From: a virus
DNA: 64,000 nt
Virus record (IMG/VR): IMGVR_UViG_3300045988_117314
Coordinates: 1-64,000 of that record
Reading direction: 5' to 3' (one strand)
Shown: one piece after another, positions 17,629 to 27,105 of the stretch
Layout of the letters: every line of letters begins with the position of its first letter
Position numbering within the stretch: the first letter of the stretch is position 1
Made by a program: the position numbers and the translations under genes
Notes under the pieces: generated by a model
What the model saw: the letters and a program-made list of their open reading frames with translations, nothing else
Told to the model about the DNA's origin: nothing
Databases searched by the model: none

Positions 17629-18426
17629 ATGATAACATCGGTAAAAATAAAAGACAACACAAAAACTCCTTTTGAATATGCTTCTGACATAGAAGCATTT
17701 GAAAATGGCAGAGAATTTATTTTCAAGCCAGGAGTGAACGTAATTATAGGTAAAAACGGTAGTGGAAAATCAACCTTGCTTAACATCATATCAATGTATG
17801 CGTTATGTGAGAAATCCATGTGCTCTGAAATACCGATCGAGGCACTGGATTTTCCACCTATATTTGATGATGATGACAAGGTTCTTGATGGGATTGACAT
17901 ATCGTCTGATTATGCAGGGAAAGTATTCCGTTTATTGCCATCGGCGGAGATGAATCGAGATAGCGTATTGAAAAACTTCAGCAATTTCGATTTGTATGTG
18001 AATAATATTCGAAGATCTTATGGAGAGAAAGTGGTGTTATCATTGGAATCGCTTTTCAATTTAATGTTTGGTCAAAAGGATTATACATTTCCAATACAAG
18101 ATCTTGTAGAATACAAGAAAAAATCAAATGCGTTTTGGATTAAAAGAATTGATAACCTGTTGAAGTATTATAAAAGAAACCGCATAACATTAACAAAAAG
18201 CAGTTTTGAATACACGGTTCTCATGGATGAGCCAGACAGGAATCTTGACATTGACAACATAATGCAAATTTATAATGTATTGTCATTCCATAAACCACAA
18301 ACACAAATTATAGCCATAGTACACAATCCGGCATTGATTTACAAATTAAGCAAATTAGATTGTGTGAACTTTATAGAGATGACAGAAGGGTATCTTAGTA
18401 AAACTTGTATATTTGTGTCTAATTAA
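17629..18426 (+). CDS. small ABC-type (SMC/RecF-like) ATPase, no fused effector domain
   Basis: Walker A VIIGKNGSGKSTL. Walker B / D-loop LMDEPDRNLD. H-loop-like IAIVHNP. 265 aa. Confidence 0.65.
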   Translation: MITSVKIKDNTKTPFEYASDIEAFENGREFIFKPGVNVIIGKNGSGKSTLLNIISMYALCEKSMCSEIPIEALDFPPIFDDDDKVLDGIDISSDYAGKVFRLLPSAEMNRDSVLKNFSNFDLYVNNIRRSYGEKVVLSLESLFNLMFGQKDYTFPIQDLVEYKKKSNAFWIKRIDNLLKYYKRNRITLTKSSFEYTVLMDEPDRNLDIDNIMQIYNVLSFHKPQTQIIAIVHNPALIYKLSKLDCVNFIEMTEGYLSKTCIFVSN

Positions 18427-18437
18427 TTAAAGGTGAG

Positions 18438-18752
18438 ATGAACTGGAAGAAATTCAAAGAGGAAAAACCTTCAGAGGGAGAAGAAGTGTTGGCTTATCAC
18501 CCAAGTTGGATAGATGAAGATTTCAACCCAAGAGGTATAAGAATAGGGTTTTGGAATGGAGGAGACGATTTTAAATCGGCTCATTGGTGGGATTATCAAG
18601 ATTGTTATATCACAATCTCTCATTGTGATTGTGATGATAATTCTCTTTTCAGTGATAGAATAAAAAACAGCATAGAGCCAGAGTTATGGATATCACTTGA
18701 TGTTATTACAAATTACTTACCTAACATAAAACAAAATCACTTATCACAATGA
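18438..18752 (+). CDS. hypothetical protein (104 aa)
   Basis: ATG 18438 with SD AAAGGTGAG. Confidence 0.45.
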   Translation: MNWKKFKEEKPSEGEEVLAYHPSWIDEDFNPRGIRIGFWNGGDDFKSAHWWDYQDCYITISHCDCDDNSLFSDRIKNSIEPELWISLDVITNYLPNIKQNHLSQ

Positions 18753-19132
18753 GCTATTTTATATTAATGGGAAGAAGAATCCCCAAACAAGCTATAACAG
18801 GCTTCAAATTTCAAAATGAAACAGATAACATTCGTCCTTTTCTGTCAATCAGGATAAGGGGAAAGGACGAAATTATACCTTTCAAAGATAAAAAGGAGAT
18901 ACAGTCTGTAAAAGCGCATCTGTGTTCTGTCTTCTCCGGATTTGTAAAAATAGGCGACTGGTATCTCAAGATGTCGGAAGTTAAGGAATATAAGCCGGTG
19001 ACTGCCGAAGATATGAACCCCTACATCTTGTTTAAGACATCTAAGTTTGGAAACATAAAAGTTCGTTTCCCGAAAGATGAAGATATGAATGCGGAATTGT
19101 TGGTGTTAGATCAACTTTTTGATGTAGAATAA
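18749..19132 (+). CDS. hypothetical protein (127 aa)
   Basis: ATG 18749, ATGA-coupled. Confidence 0.5.
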   Translation: MSYFILMGRRIPKQAITGFKFQNETDNIRPFLSIRIRGKDEIIPFKDKKEIQSVKAHLCSVFSGFVKIGDWYLKMSEVKEYKPVTAEDMNPYILFKTSKFGNIKVRFPKDEDMNAELLVLDQLFDVE

Positions 19133-19156
19133 ACTATTAATCATCTTTTGAAAATC

Positions 19157-19408
19157 ATGACTTGGAAAGAATTGAAAGACAAAATATCTCTTATGACAGA
19201 AGAAGAGCAACGACAAGAAGTTGCAGTATGGGGAGAAAATATGAATCTAATGAAAGATTGTTCCTTGGAGAAAACAGACGAGGATATGTACTACAACTCT
19301 GAATGGGATTATACTTGTGAAGAGAGTGAATTGGAACAGGAAGACAAGAATGACCCTGATGTACATAAGGTATATGAAGCAGGAATGTATTATATTTATT
19401 CGAATTGA
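19157..19408 (+). CDS. hypothetical acidic protein (83 aa)
   Basis: The ORF-track start at 19148 is TTG. ATG 19157 (MTWKEL...) is preferred. Confidence 0.4.
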   Translation: MTWKELKDKISLMTEEEQRQEVAVWGENMNLMKDCSLEKTDEDMYYNSEWDYTCEESELEQEDKNDPDVHKVYEAGMYYIYSN

Positions 19409-19426
19409 TTTTAAAAAGATCTGATT

Positions 19427-20173
19427 ATGGCAGCATTAACAACACTAAATATAACGGAAAAGAACGCTAATAACAGTTTGTCTGTAACTGTTAAAGTGAA
19501 TGTCACCAAAGAAGGAGTGTTTACCACTACCTTGTCAAAAGAAGATGTGGACAAGATTCATTCTTATGGGATCAAATTACCTACAAACAGATTAGGCAAC
19601 GAAGGATATTTCAATAGTATAGCACTTTCTGATTTGGAAAGTCAAATCAGGGAAGTTCTGAAGAGATGTTTGAGTTATAAAATAGTAGAAGAAGTGCCTG
19701 TTATTAAGTATCAACTGGAAACGAATTGCATGTTTTCCTATGACAAAAACGGAAATATTGTCCCTAACCCCTCTAAGGAATGGACAGGAGGCGATGAAAA
19801 TGGAGAATGGAGGGATGGAACTTCCCGTTTAGATGCCTTAAACGCCCAACCTTTCGGTTTTAGTGTTTATGCAAAACCATTTCTAAAAAGAGTAATTGAA
19901 TATGGAAATGGAGAGACAAAAGTAGAATACAGCAGGTTAAATACAGAAAAAGGAACCTATGCGCACTGGCTGAATTGTGTAACGAGCATATCATACAATA
20001 GATATAAACAGGTAATGGAAGTGGAGTGTAACGAATGTACCTCGAAATTATTCGTTGATATGATCAAGTCCATTTGTAATATAAGCGAACAAGTTAAGAG
20101 TTTTATCAATCCAGAACAAATAAAAGCAATTGCGGGGTCAAATGAACCGATTTTGCTTTTATCTAACAACTAA
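19427..20173 (+). CDS. hypothetical protein (248 aa)
   Basis: ATG 19427. Confidence 0.55.
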   Translation: MAALTTLNITEKNANNSLSVTVKVNVTKEGVFTTTLSKEDVDKIHSYGIKLPTNRLGNEGYFNSIALSDLESQIREVLKRCLSYKIVEEVPVIKYQLETNCMFSYDKNGNIVPNPSKEWTGGDENGEWRDGTSRLDALNAQPFGFSVYAKPFLKRVIEYGNGETKVEYSRLNTEKGTYAHWLNCVTSISYNRYKQVMEVECNECTSKLFVDMIKSICNISEQVKSFINPEQIKAIAGSNEPILLLSNN

Positions 20174-20179
20174 AAAATC

Positions 20180-20320
20180 ATGAGGTGTGTATGTGTTTTT
20201 ATCTGCTTTCTGTTATGGCTTATTTTTACGTTGTTATTATCATTCACTGTCATAGGATTGGTTATAAGCGTGAGTGATGAATGGCAGGAAATGGGTGACA
20301 AAATAATAGATAAACTTTAA
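20180..20320 (+). CDS. possible small membrane peptide (46 aa, MRCVCVFICFLLWLIFTLLLSFTVIGLVISV...)
   Basis: An ATG ORF below the 60-aa cutoff fills the 20174-20326 gap. Strongly hydrophobic, but no clear SD. Confidence 0.25.
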   Translation: MRCVCVFICFLLWLIFTLLLSFTVIGLVISVSDEWQEMGDKIIDKL

Positions 20321-20332
20321 AAATAATTGAGT

Positions 20333-20611
20333 ATGAGTAAATATACAGCAAAACAAATTGCCGAGTCCGATGATCTGTTTGATAAGCAAATACATAAAGT
20401 CAGAAAATTTTATTTGAGTCGTAATCCTGATAAAATGATGATGCTCGAAGAAAGAAAAGCTGTTATCAAAGAACGAAATAAAGGTCTTTCCCCAGAATAT
20501 GATAAGGAATATTATTGCGGAACCTGCGGAGCTAAAGACGGTGCGGAGCATCCTAAAACCGGATATTGCTTTCACTGTGATACGGATAACTGGATTTCAA
20601 AAAATAACTAA
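20333..20611 (+). CDS. hypothetical protein with C-terminal CxxC...CxxC
   Basis: The ORF-track start at 20327 is TTG; ATG is at 20333. Confidence 0.45.
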   Translation: MSKYTAKQIAESDDLFDKQIHKVRKFYLSRNPDKMMMLEERKAVIKERNKGLSPEYDKEYYCGTCGAKDGAEHPKTGYCFHCDTDNWISKNN

Positions 20612-20631
20612 CAGCTAAAAAGAAATGAGTC

Positions 20632-20883
20632 ATGAGCGGACAAAATAAGCAATGTCCTGAATTTCCATTTTTTGGTGCATCTTATCCAGATGCTCGTTGT
20701 ATCAATGGATATCTATGGGATTTGGATAAATGTGACGAAAACGGGAATTTATATGGAGAAGGAGATATTCCTTGCCCATTCTGCAATACCGAGAAATTTA
20801 TTGAGTATGATCCGTTTTCAAAAGAAGATGAATTTTATGAAGGTATTGAGAATGAAGAAAAAGCTAAAGAAGCCGAGTGTTGA
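20632..20883 (+). CDS. Cys-rich small protein (83 aa)
   Basis: ATG 20632; CPEF...CPFCN. Confidence 0.45.
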   Translation: MSGQNKQCPEFPFFGASYPDARCINGYLWDLDKCDENGNLYGEGDIPCPFCNTEKFIEYDPFSKEDEFYEGIENEEKAKEAEC

Positions 20884-20933
20884 AATACGTGGACAAGATA
20901 AAACAGGAGCGTGCGTACAACATCGACCTTTGC

Positions 20934-21086
20934 ATGACTTTCGAGAGATATATTGAGATAGCAGATAAAGATGCGGAGCGGGCTATGGCTTTCTTGAAAG
21001 AAGCCTACCCGTTTAATGAAGAAACAGAAGTCTTTATCAGGAAAAGATACAATATGTCTATCGATGTTAACCCAGAAGAAAATTAA
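20934..21086 (+). CDS. hypothetical small protein; start uncertain (GTG 20877 or ATG 20934)
   Basis: The ORF-track start is GTG. The gene is real only if this frame is used. Confidence 0.25.
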   Translation: MTFERYIEIADKDAERAMAFLKEAYPFNEETEVFIRKRYNMSIDVNPEEN

Positions 21087-21154
21087 TTTATATTAAATCA
21101 TTTTGTTTCTTATTAAGCAACAAAAAACATATCTTTGTCCGAAAAATAAGAAAC

Positions 21155-21415
21155 ATGAAAGAGGAAGAAGAAAAGATTAAAGAGGCTATGACTGAAGCCC
21201 TGATACATTTAGAAGGTTGCAAATATTTTGTGGCCACGATAGTAAACGAAGAAGAATGTAGGTTTGATATGAGTCAGCGTATGTCTCCTCGTCAACTGGC
21301 TTTGGTTATAAAAGGTGTATTATCAAATAATAATATGATGATGATGGATGTACTACAATGGTGCTCAGCCAGGCTTCAAACAGAAATAGAAAAAGGAAAG
21401 AAATCAACTAATTAA
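21155..21415 (+). CDS. hypothetical protein (86 aa)
   Basis: ATG 21155. Confidence 0.45.
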   Translation: MKEEEEKIKEAMTEALIHLEGCKYFVATIVNEEECRFDMSQRMSPRQLALVIKGVLSNNNMMMMDVLQWCSARLQTEIEKGKKSTN

Positions 21416-21426
21416 ATATTAATACA

Positions 21427-21897
21427 ATGAATCGCTGGTTTGAAATTACGGTAAAAGCCGAGATTGATAATATCGAGAACGGCAAAAAAAAGAAAGTAAC
21501 TGAAAAGTATTTAGTGGATGCCTTGTCTTACACAGAGGCAGAATCAAGATCGTTGGAGATCTTCGAGGATTTGTACAATTCTTTCGAGGTTGTAAAAATT
21601 AATCCTATTAAAGTGTCGGAAATCTTCTTCAACGGAGAAGCTGAGTACTGGTATAAGTGTAAGGTGAATTACATTACACTGGATGAAAAGAAAGGTAAAG
21701 AAAAGAAAACTCCATGCTATATGTATATCCAGGCCGGAAATCCTAAGGATGCCGAAGCTGTGTTGACTAAAGGTATGCAGGGTACGTTAGGAGACTGGAA
21801 TTGCGAGTCTATTGTGGAAACGAAAATCATTGAAGTGTTTAAATACGATCTTCAGAAGGGAGCTGAAAAATTAGGCGAGAAGAAGAGTGAAGAGTAA
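21427..21897 (+). CDS. hypothetical protein (156 aa)
   Basis: ATG 21427. Confidence 0.55.
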   Translation: MNRWFEITVKAEIDNIENGKKKKVTEKYLVDALSYTEAESRSLEIFEDLYNSFEVVKINPIKVSEIFFNGEAEYWYKCKVNYITLDEKKGKEKKTPCYMYIQAGNPKDAEAVLTKGMQGTLGDWNCESIVETKIIEVFKYDLQKGAEKLGEKKSEE

Positions 21898-22126
21898 GGC
21901 TGATGTAGTTTCCAACATAGCGCTTGTTGTGGCGATAATATCATTGCTTTCAGCAGGCGCTTTCCTTCTGATAGTGATTAAGACAGACGAGGTATCTAAA
22001 TTATTAATGAACGTACCTTATCTACTGGCTTCAGCGGGATTGTTCTTTTCAATAATATCATTATTATTCGAATGGAAAGCAAGGAAAAGAAGCTATACGT
22101 CTGCGAACGATGTGGACGAAAAGTGA
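21887..22126 (+). CDS. small membrane protein with two predicted TM helices
   Basis: GTG start at 21887 with AGAAGAG upstream. Two hydrophobic segments. Confidence 0.35.
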   Translation: MKSKADVVSNIALVVAIISLLSAGAFLLIVIKTDEVSKLLMNVPYLLASAGLFFSIISLLFEWKARKRSYTSANDVDEK

Positions 22127-22596
22127 TGATAAGAAGTCATGGCTTATGCCAGGCTTGCAGGAGCAAAGAGTTGACTCCGAAGAAAAAAAACAGAATTACA
22201 TCCATTAAAAACAGCAGCAAGAAGAAAAAGTTAGAGAACCCGGATTTATCCGGGTTTTTTCGTCTTATGTTGGAGGAGTTGAGTACTATTCGAATGTCTA
22301 TGACTGGTAAAGCTATTCATTTTCCTACAGTATGTAACGTCTGTCACATACTTCCGAAAAGGTTATATAAGTCGGTTGCCACTTGCAGGGATAATATAGT
22401 TTTCCTTCATGAATCAGAGCATACGGTATTCGACATGTATCTTGACCGGATGGAATTTGATAAACTTGAAACAGAATTTCCTTTTGTGTGGAAGTATGCG
22501 GTAAAGAAGGTGCTGGATATGGAAAGCAGGGGAATGATTAAAGAAAGAGGTAGATTAATTATTGAAATAATTGACAGATATGAGAAAACTTTATAA
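22072..22596 (+). CDS. zinc-ribbon protein with possible HNH-like C-terminal region
   Basis: ATG 22072. CERCG...CQAC, then CNVCHILPK...DNIVFLHESEH (H/N/H spacing). HNH assignment is tentative. Confidence 0.4.
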   Translation: MESKEKKLYVCERCGRKVMIRSHGLCQACRSKELTPKKKNRITSIKNSSKKKKLENPDLSGFFRLMLEELSTIRMSMTGKAIHFPTVCNVCHILPKRLYKSVATCRDNIVFLHESEHTVFDMYLDRMEFDKLETEFPFVWKYAVKKVLDMESRGMIKERGRLIIEIIDRYEKTL

Positions 22597-22756
22597 AATA
22601 AGAATAGAAGCTGACGATGAAACTATCTTTTATGCTCACATACAGAGAGAAAGTTATGGTAAGGATATAGCTATCGCAGTGAAAGATAGAGATAAAGATG
22701 AAGTGGAAACAGTGTTACATTGTATTAAAGAAGAATTGATTAGAGGAAGATCATGA
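22580..22756 (+). CDS. hypothetical small protein (58 aa)
   Basis: The ORF-track start is TTG; ATG 22580. Confidence 0.3.
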   Translation: MRKLYKIRIEADDETIFYAHIQRESYGKDIAIAVKDRDKDEVETVLHCIKEELIRGRS

Positions 22757-24069
22757 AAGAGAAAATAAAAATATTGACAGATTTAGGATTTGTCCCTATG
22801 GTGGAAGGAGAAGGAAATACGTTGTTTAGAATGAACGATGTTGTGATGTCGGTGTCAGATCCTAACCAAACACCAGAGCAGTTGAAGAAGGAGGTTATGT
22901 CTTTAATAAAGAACAGAGACATAGCAGAAAGAGGCGGACAGGTTCCAGTAGTTGAAGAGCCGGCGCCTGAGACAGAGCAGGCCCAGAAGGAGGAACCGGA
23001 AGCTCCGGCGGAGGAAGCCGCTCCTAACCCTGGAGAAGAGGATTCGAATCCGTTTACAGAAAATCAGGAAACGTTAGAACCGTTTTATATCTGTGATGAG
23101 TTAAAGAAGATTGAGACTCCCAAATTCGTAAGATTGACATTAGACGACAATCGTTTTTATGTAAGGAAGATGGATGATGGGACAGCCAAGATATATGCTT
23201 CGGTAACAACCTTAATCAAAGACGGATATGTAGATGATAAGACAGCACTTCAGGAATGGAAGCAAGAGATAAAGATGCTTGGTCGCAATCCAGAAGAGAT
23301 AGCGCAGTATGAAGCCGATAAGGGAACGATCATGCACTACCTATACGGATTGTACTTGACAGGTAGAGATATGGTCTTAAATCGAAATTTTATAGTTAAG
23401 ACAGTGCAAGAAGGTAAGCTGAAGATATCGAAGAAAAATCTTGACCGATTTTTTAACAGCATAGATGATCTTGACGATATGATTGTCAGGGTCATGAAGT
23501 TTGCCAAATTCTGTTCTGATTACAAGGTGAAACCGATGATGATAGAAAGAATCCTTTCTTTAGAGGATTACCTTGTAGCAACACCTATTGATGCGATGGT
23601 TAAAATGACATTCAAATACAAAGAAGAAGGTTATTTTGGAGCCGTATATCAAAGGGCTACAGGGCAGTTCAAAAAAGGCGATCCGAAGAAGGAAGTAAGA
23701 GAAGTGGAGAAGGAAGAAGTGGTCATTCTTGACTTTAAATCGGGAGGTATATGGGAATCATACGCATTCCAATTAGAAGCTGAAAGAAGAATGGTTAAAG
23801 CATGGTACGGAATTGACGCGCGTATTATGAACTTTTCTCCAAAAAGCACGAGCAGTAAAGGATATACGCTGAAAGAATGGACAGAAGATAGTGTAGCACT
23901 TGAAAAGGCGGACTGTGTGTTCCAACAAGGGATGTTGAATCACCTTAGAAAAGACAAGAGGTTCAAAGTGAGAAAAGGAGTGCTGAATATCAATAAGCCT
24001 TACAATGAAGAGGATCATATTGTTGTATATGATATTGCTGAGGAAATGTCTAAAAGATTCGTAATATGA
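22753..24069 (+). CDS. protein with C-terminal PD-(D/E)xK (RecB/Cas4-like) nuclease motifs; Pro/Glu-rich linker after N-terminal domain
   Basis: ATG 22753 with SD GAGGAAGA. VVILDFKSGG...YAFQLEAE resembles the hhDYKTG and QLxxY nuclease motifs. The N-terminal half is of unknown function. Confidence 0.5.
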   Translation: MKEKIKILTDLGFVPMVEGEGNTLFRMNDVVMSVSDPNQTPEQLKKEVMSLIKNRDIAERGGQVPVVEEPAPETEQAQKEEPEAPAEEAAPNPGEEDSNPFTENQETLEPFYICDELKKIETPKFVRLTLDDNRFYVRKMDDGTAKIYASVTTLIKDGYVDDKTALQEWKQEIKMLGRNPEEIAQYEADKGTIMHYLYGLYLTGRDMVLNRNFIVKTVQEGKLKISKKNLDRFFNSIDDLDDMIVRVMKFAKFCSDYKVKPMMIERILSLEDYLVATPIDAMVKMTFKYKEEGYFGAVYQRATGQFKKGDPKKEVREVEKEEVVILDFKSGGIWESYAFQLEAERRMVKAWYGIDARIMNFSPKSTSSKGYTLKEWTEDSVALEKADCVFQQGMLNHLRKDKRFKVRKGVLNINKPYNEEDHIVVYDIAEEMSKRFVI

Positions 24070-24299
24070 GTGATATTGTTATTCCTGAAGGAGATTATGT
24101 AGAAATCGTAAAACCGATATGTATAAATCCTTTTGGTGATTATTTTATTAACATCAAAGGGGGGTCAAGATTAAGATTATCGAAAGATTTGAAAATAGGG
24201 GATAAGTATGCAATATGCATACTTACATCTTACGAGAAATATGGCAAGACTGTTAATGTGATAATGCCTATACTGGTTAGAAACACAAGAAGAGTATGA
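24066..24299 (+). CDS. hypothetical protein (77 aa)
   Basis: ATG 24066, ATGA-coupled. Confidence 0.4.
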   Translation: MSDIVIPEGDYVEIVKPICINPFGDYFINIKGGSRLRLSKDLKIGDKYAICILTSYEKYGKTVNVIMPILVRNTRRV

Positions 24300-24646
24300 A
24301 AAGAAAAATTAGAAGAACCGGGGAGATAATAGACATAATCACCTTCAGCGGCTCAACTACAAGAAGCGACTGTGACAAAATACAATTCTATGACAGCAAA
24401 GGAAGTGTGATAAATGAGAGTTTAAATTATTATCTCGATACCCTTCCTGTGGATGATGAAAACAAAGACGTGGATTGGGAACAACGTAGATTCGATCTTG
24501 TTAAGGCTTATTCTATTGAGTTTATCAAAACACTGCATAGAAAAGGAGAGATAGATTGCGGAGTATATGTACCAGATGTGGTGTCATGGTCTATAACTAT
24601 AGCAGATAGAATCATAGAAGCAATGAGAGGAGTTCAAAATGCTTGA
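24296..24646 (+). CDS. hypothetical protein (116 aa)
   Basis: ATG 24296. Confidence 0.45.
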   Translation: MKRKIRRTGEIIDIITFSGSTTRSDCDKIQFYDSKGSVINESLNYYLDTLPVDDENKDVDWEQRRFDLVKAYSIEFIKTLHRKGEIDCGVYVPDVVSWSITIADRIIEAMRGVQNA

Positions 24647-25652
24647 TTTCAGAAGATACGAAAACGTACCTCGGTTTCAACTTGACCGCAGGCCCGGAAG
24701 GAGCCGACTGAAGCTAACCTGCCCGGCTTGCGGAAAAAGCCGGTGCCTCACTCCTTATATTGATGTGGCAACAGGTCAGGTTGTTGGCAACGAGTTCGGA
24801 AGATGCGATCATGAACGGACTTGCGGTTACGATAAACGACCTACTGGTAAGGATGTAGGTGACAAAGATCTTTGGATTTCAGGAAACAAGTGTATAAGAG
24901 CTTATCGCCCTCCTGTAAATCCTGACGTTGTAAATTACATACCTTTTAGCGAGTTTGAGAGGACTGTGGTTCCAGACGATAGAAACACTGTATTTAGATT
25001 TTTATCGTCTCTATGGGGAAAAGAAAGGGTGTCTGATGTATTCAGGAGGTATCATGTAGGAACAATGGACTTATGGGGATGGAAAGGATGTTGTATATTC
25101 TGGCAGATAGACAAAGATTTTGTATGTAGAACCGGCAAGATCATGGACTTTTATATAAAAACCGACGGCCAGGGGAATGAGATTGATGTAAAAAGAGTGA
25201 AGGAAAAAGACGGTGACAATGAGCGGCCTCATGTTATGTTTTATCACTCGTTGCATGCAAGAGACTTCTTGTTTAGACAATGCCTGTTCGGAGAGCATCT
25301 TCTAAGCCAGTATCCGGATAAGGTGGTTAATTTGGTGGAATCAGAAAAGACGGCTATTATATGCGCTGTGAATAAACCGGATGAGTTATTTGTAGCTACC
25401 GGTGGGTTGCAGAATCTAAGACCGGAAGTGATAGATGTTTTAAAAGATAGAAAGACCGTAGCTTTTCCGGACAAAGGACAAGCATTTGAGACATGGAGTA
25501 AAAAGATAGATGGGATGATGATGAAGTCAAGGATAAAAGTATCGGACTATCTTCAAAATGTTGAAAATGTAGGAGACGGAGATGATGTGGCAGATTTGAT
25601 AATCAATAACAAGGTAAAAGAAAAATATCATGAGCCTGGACGTTTATATTAA
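24639..25652 (+). CDS. putative DNA primase-like protein: N-terminal zinc finger plus TOPRIM-like C-terminal region
   Basis: CPACGKSRCL...CDHERTC zinc-binding cluster. C-terminal VESEKTAIICAV...ATGG...FPDKGQ resembles a TOPRIM E...D..D layout. Lies just upstream of the DnaB-family helicase. Confidence 0.45.
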   Translation: MLDFRRYENVPRFQLDRRPGRSRLKLTCPACGKSRCLTPYIDVATGQVVGNEFGRCDHERTCGYDKRPTGKDVGDKDLWISGNKCIRAYRPPVNPDVVNYIPFSEFERTVVPDDRNTVFRFLSSLWGKERVSDVFRRYHVGTMDLWGWKGCCIFWQIDKDFVCRTGKIMDFYIKTDGQGNEIDVKRVKEKDGDNERPHVMFYHSLHARDFLFRQCLFGEHLLSQYPDKVVNLVESEKTAIICAVNKPDELFVATGGLQNLRPEVIDVLKDRKTVAFPDKGQAFETWSKKIDGMMMKSRIKVSDYLQNVENVGDGDDVADLIINNKVKEKYHEPGRLY

Positions 25653-25983
25653 AAGTAAGAAGAAAGAAGAGGATCGTGAATGGGTTGCGAACATCACCCA
25701 CAACATGAACAAGATGGCACAAAGAATATTCGTATCAGAAAATAAAGAAACGCTGTACGATTATGTTTGGAGACCAGAAGAATTGTATAAAGAAATATAT
25801 ACCAATGAGATGAAGAATGTACTTACAAAAGGTATATGTATTATGATCTCTAAGAGAAAAAGTCTTTTGAGATACGAGCCGGAAAACGGATGGGGGTCTT
25901 ATGATTCATTTCTTAAGTTTCTTATCGAATATAAAGAGGCGTGTGAAGATAATCCAGGTTATATAATTGAAGCAAGCAGATAA
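25630..25983 (+). CDS. hypothetical protein (117 aa)
   Basis: ATG 25630. Confidence 0.45.
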   Translation: MSLDVYIKSKKKEEDREWVANITHNMNKMAQRIFVSENKETLYDYVWRPEELYKEIYTNEMKNVLTKGICIMISKRKSLLRYEPENGWGSYDSFLKFLIEYKEACEDNPGYIIEASR

Positions 25984-25984
25984 T

Positions 25985-26242
25985 ATGGAAAATTACAAAA
26001 ACACTTTAAACGAGGTAGTGGTGATCGAATCGTCACCAGAAACGTATTTTGTTTACGCTATTCGTAATGCTATTCGTATCTCTAAATGCGCGTATCCGAC
26101 AGCCAAGAAAGTAATTTTCAAAAGAGAGGACGTAGAGGTAGAGATCTCAGAAATGGAAACTGAAAGCAGTTTGTATGAAAAGTTTAAAGAAAAACAAAAG
26201 AATAGGGTATGGAACTTAATGAGCGCCAACAACGGGTTTTAA
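25985..26242 (+). CDS. hypothetical protein (85 aa)
   Basis: The ORF-track start at 25967 is TTG; ATG 25985. Confidence 0.35.
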   Translation: MENYKNTLNEVVVIESSPETYFVYAIRNAIRISKCAYPTAKKVIFKREDVEVEISEMETESSLYEKFKEKQKNRVWNLMSANNGF

Positions 26243-26775
26243 GAGGCGAAATTTGTTCTTATTGCGGAAGAGAAACTGAGCTGGTAAATGCCGATAAAAT
26301 ATATAGCAGAAAAGGCTTAGGGATGGTTATGATGTGCAAACCATGCAACGCTTATGTCGGTGTTCATGAATCAGGGCCGAATAAGGGAAAAGCTAAAGGC
26401 CGGCTTGCGGGGCCATCACTGAGATCTCTTAAGATAAGAGTCCATGCCGAACTTGACAGACTATGGTCTACGCCGGAGGAACGGAAAAGGATGTATAAAG
26501 ATTTATCTGAATTTCTCTCTATACCGGAAGAATACACACATATAGGTATGTTCGGCGAGAAGACGATGGGAAAAATCTTTCAGTTCTGTCATGTAAACAA
26601 AGAACGATCAGGTTCGAGAATAGAATGGCATAAACCTGGAGATAAGTGCCCTAATAAAAACAATCAAATAGTGTCAGGCAGTAGCGCATGTAGAGGATGT
26701 CCTGAGTATCTTCATGATGAGAAAGACGGATATGTCTGGTGTGATCCTGATATGAGCTACGGCAGGTTGAAATAG
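26209..26775 (+). CDS. multi-Cys zinc-binding protein (188 aa)
   Basis: ATG 26209. CSYCG...CKPCNAY...CRGCPEY. Confidence 0.5.
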   Translation: MELNERQQRVLRGEICSYCGRETELVNADKIYSRKGLGMVMMCKPCNAYVGVHESGPNKGKAKGRLAGPSLRSLKIRVHAELDRLWSTPEERKRMYKDLSEFLSIPEEYTHIGMFGEKTMGKIFQFCHVNKERSGSRIEWHKPGDKCPNKNNQIVSGSSACRGCPEYLHDEKDGYVWCDPDMSYGRLK

Positions 26776-26826
26776 GGCGCGAATTGCCTATCTTTGTGCT
26801 ATTATTAATCAAAAAAATATAAGCAC

Positions 26827-27105
26827 ATGGGCAGATCAACAGAGTACTACAGGACTCATCCCGAAGCCAGGAAGAAAAAGGCTAAAAAGGACAAGGAGAT
26901 AAATGCCAGACCGGAACAGAAAGCCAAACGCCGAGAGCTTGGTCGTAAAAACTACGAAACGGACAAGAAGAAGGGTAAGGGCTGGAGAAAAGGAAAGGAT
27001 TGTTCTCATACCAAGAACGGTCTTAGGTATAAATCAGTAAAAGCTAATAGGGGATCCAAATCGGATACGAAAGGTGACAAAAATGCAAGAGGATCTGAAA
27101 AATAA
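26827..27105 (+). CDS. highly basic Lys/Arg-rich small protein, possible nucleic-acid binding
   Basis: ATG 26827. 92 aa, roughly 40% K/R. Confidence 0.4.
   Translation: MGRSTEYYRTHPEARKKKAKKDKEINARPEQKAKRRELGRKNYETDKKKGKGWRKGKDCSHTKNGLRYKSVKANRGSKSDTKGDKNARGSEK

Noticed and set aside
607-17900. Numerous - strand ORFs inside the + strand module, e.g. 607..804, 795..1043, 1248..1442, 3272..3535, 3949..4287, 4982..5269, 5074..5307, 6193..6651, 9571..9966, 10596..10949, 10912..11238, 12822..13127, 15119..15487 and 17460..17900.
   Set aside because: They are antisense to longer, tightly coupled + strand ORFs, lack SD and ATG context, and several are low-complexity. Treated as shadow ORFs.
20672-20956. 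Overlapping alternative-frame ORF 20672..20956 and - strand ORF 20240..20575.
   Set aside because: They overlap better-supported + strand genes with Cys motifs and have SD-less starts.
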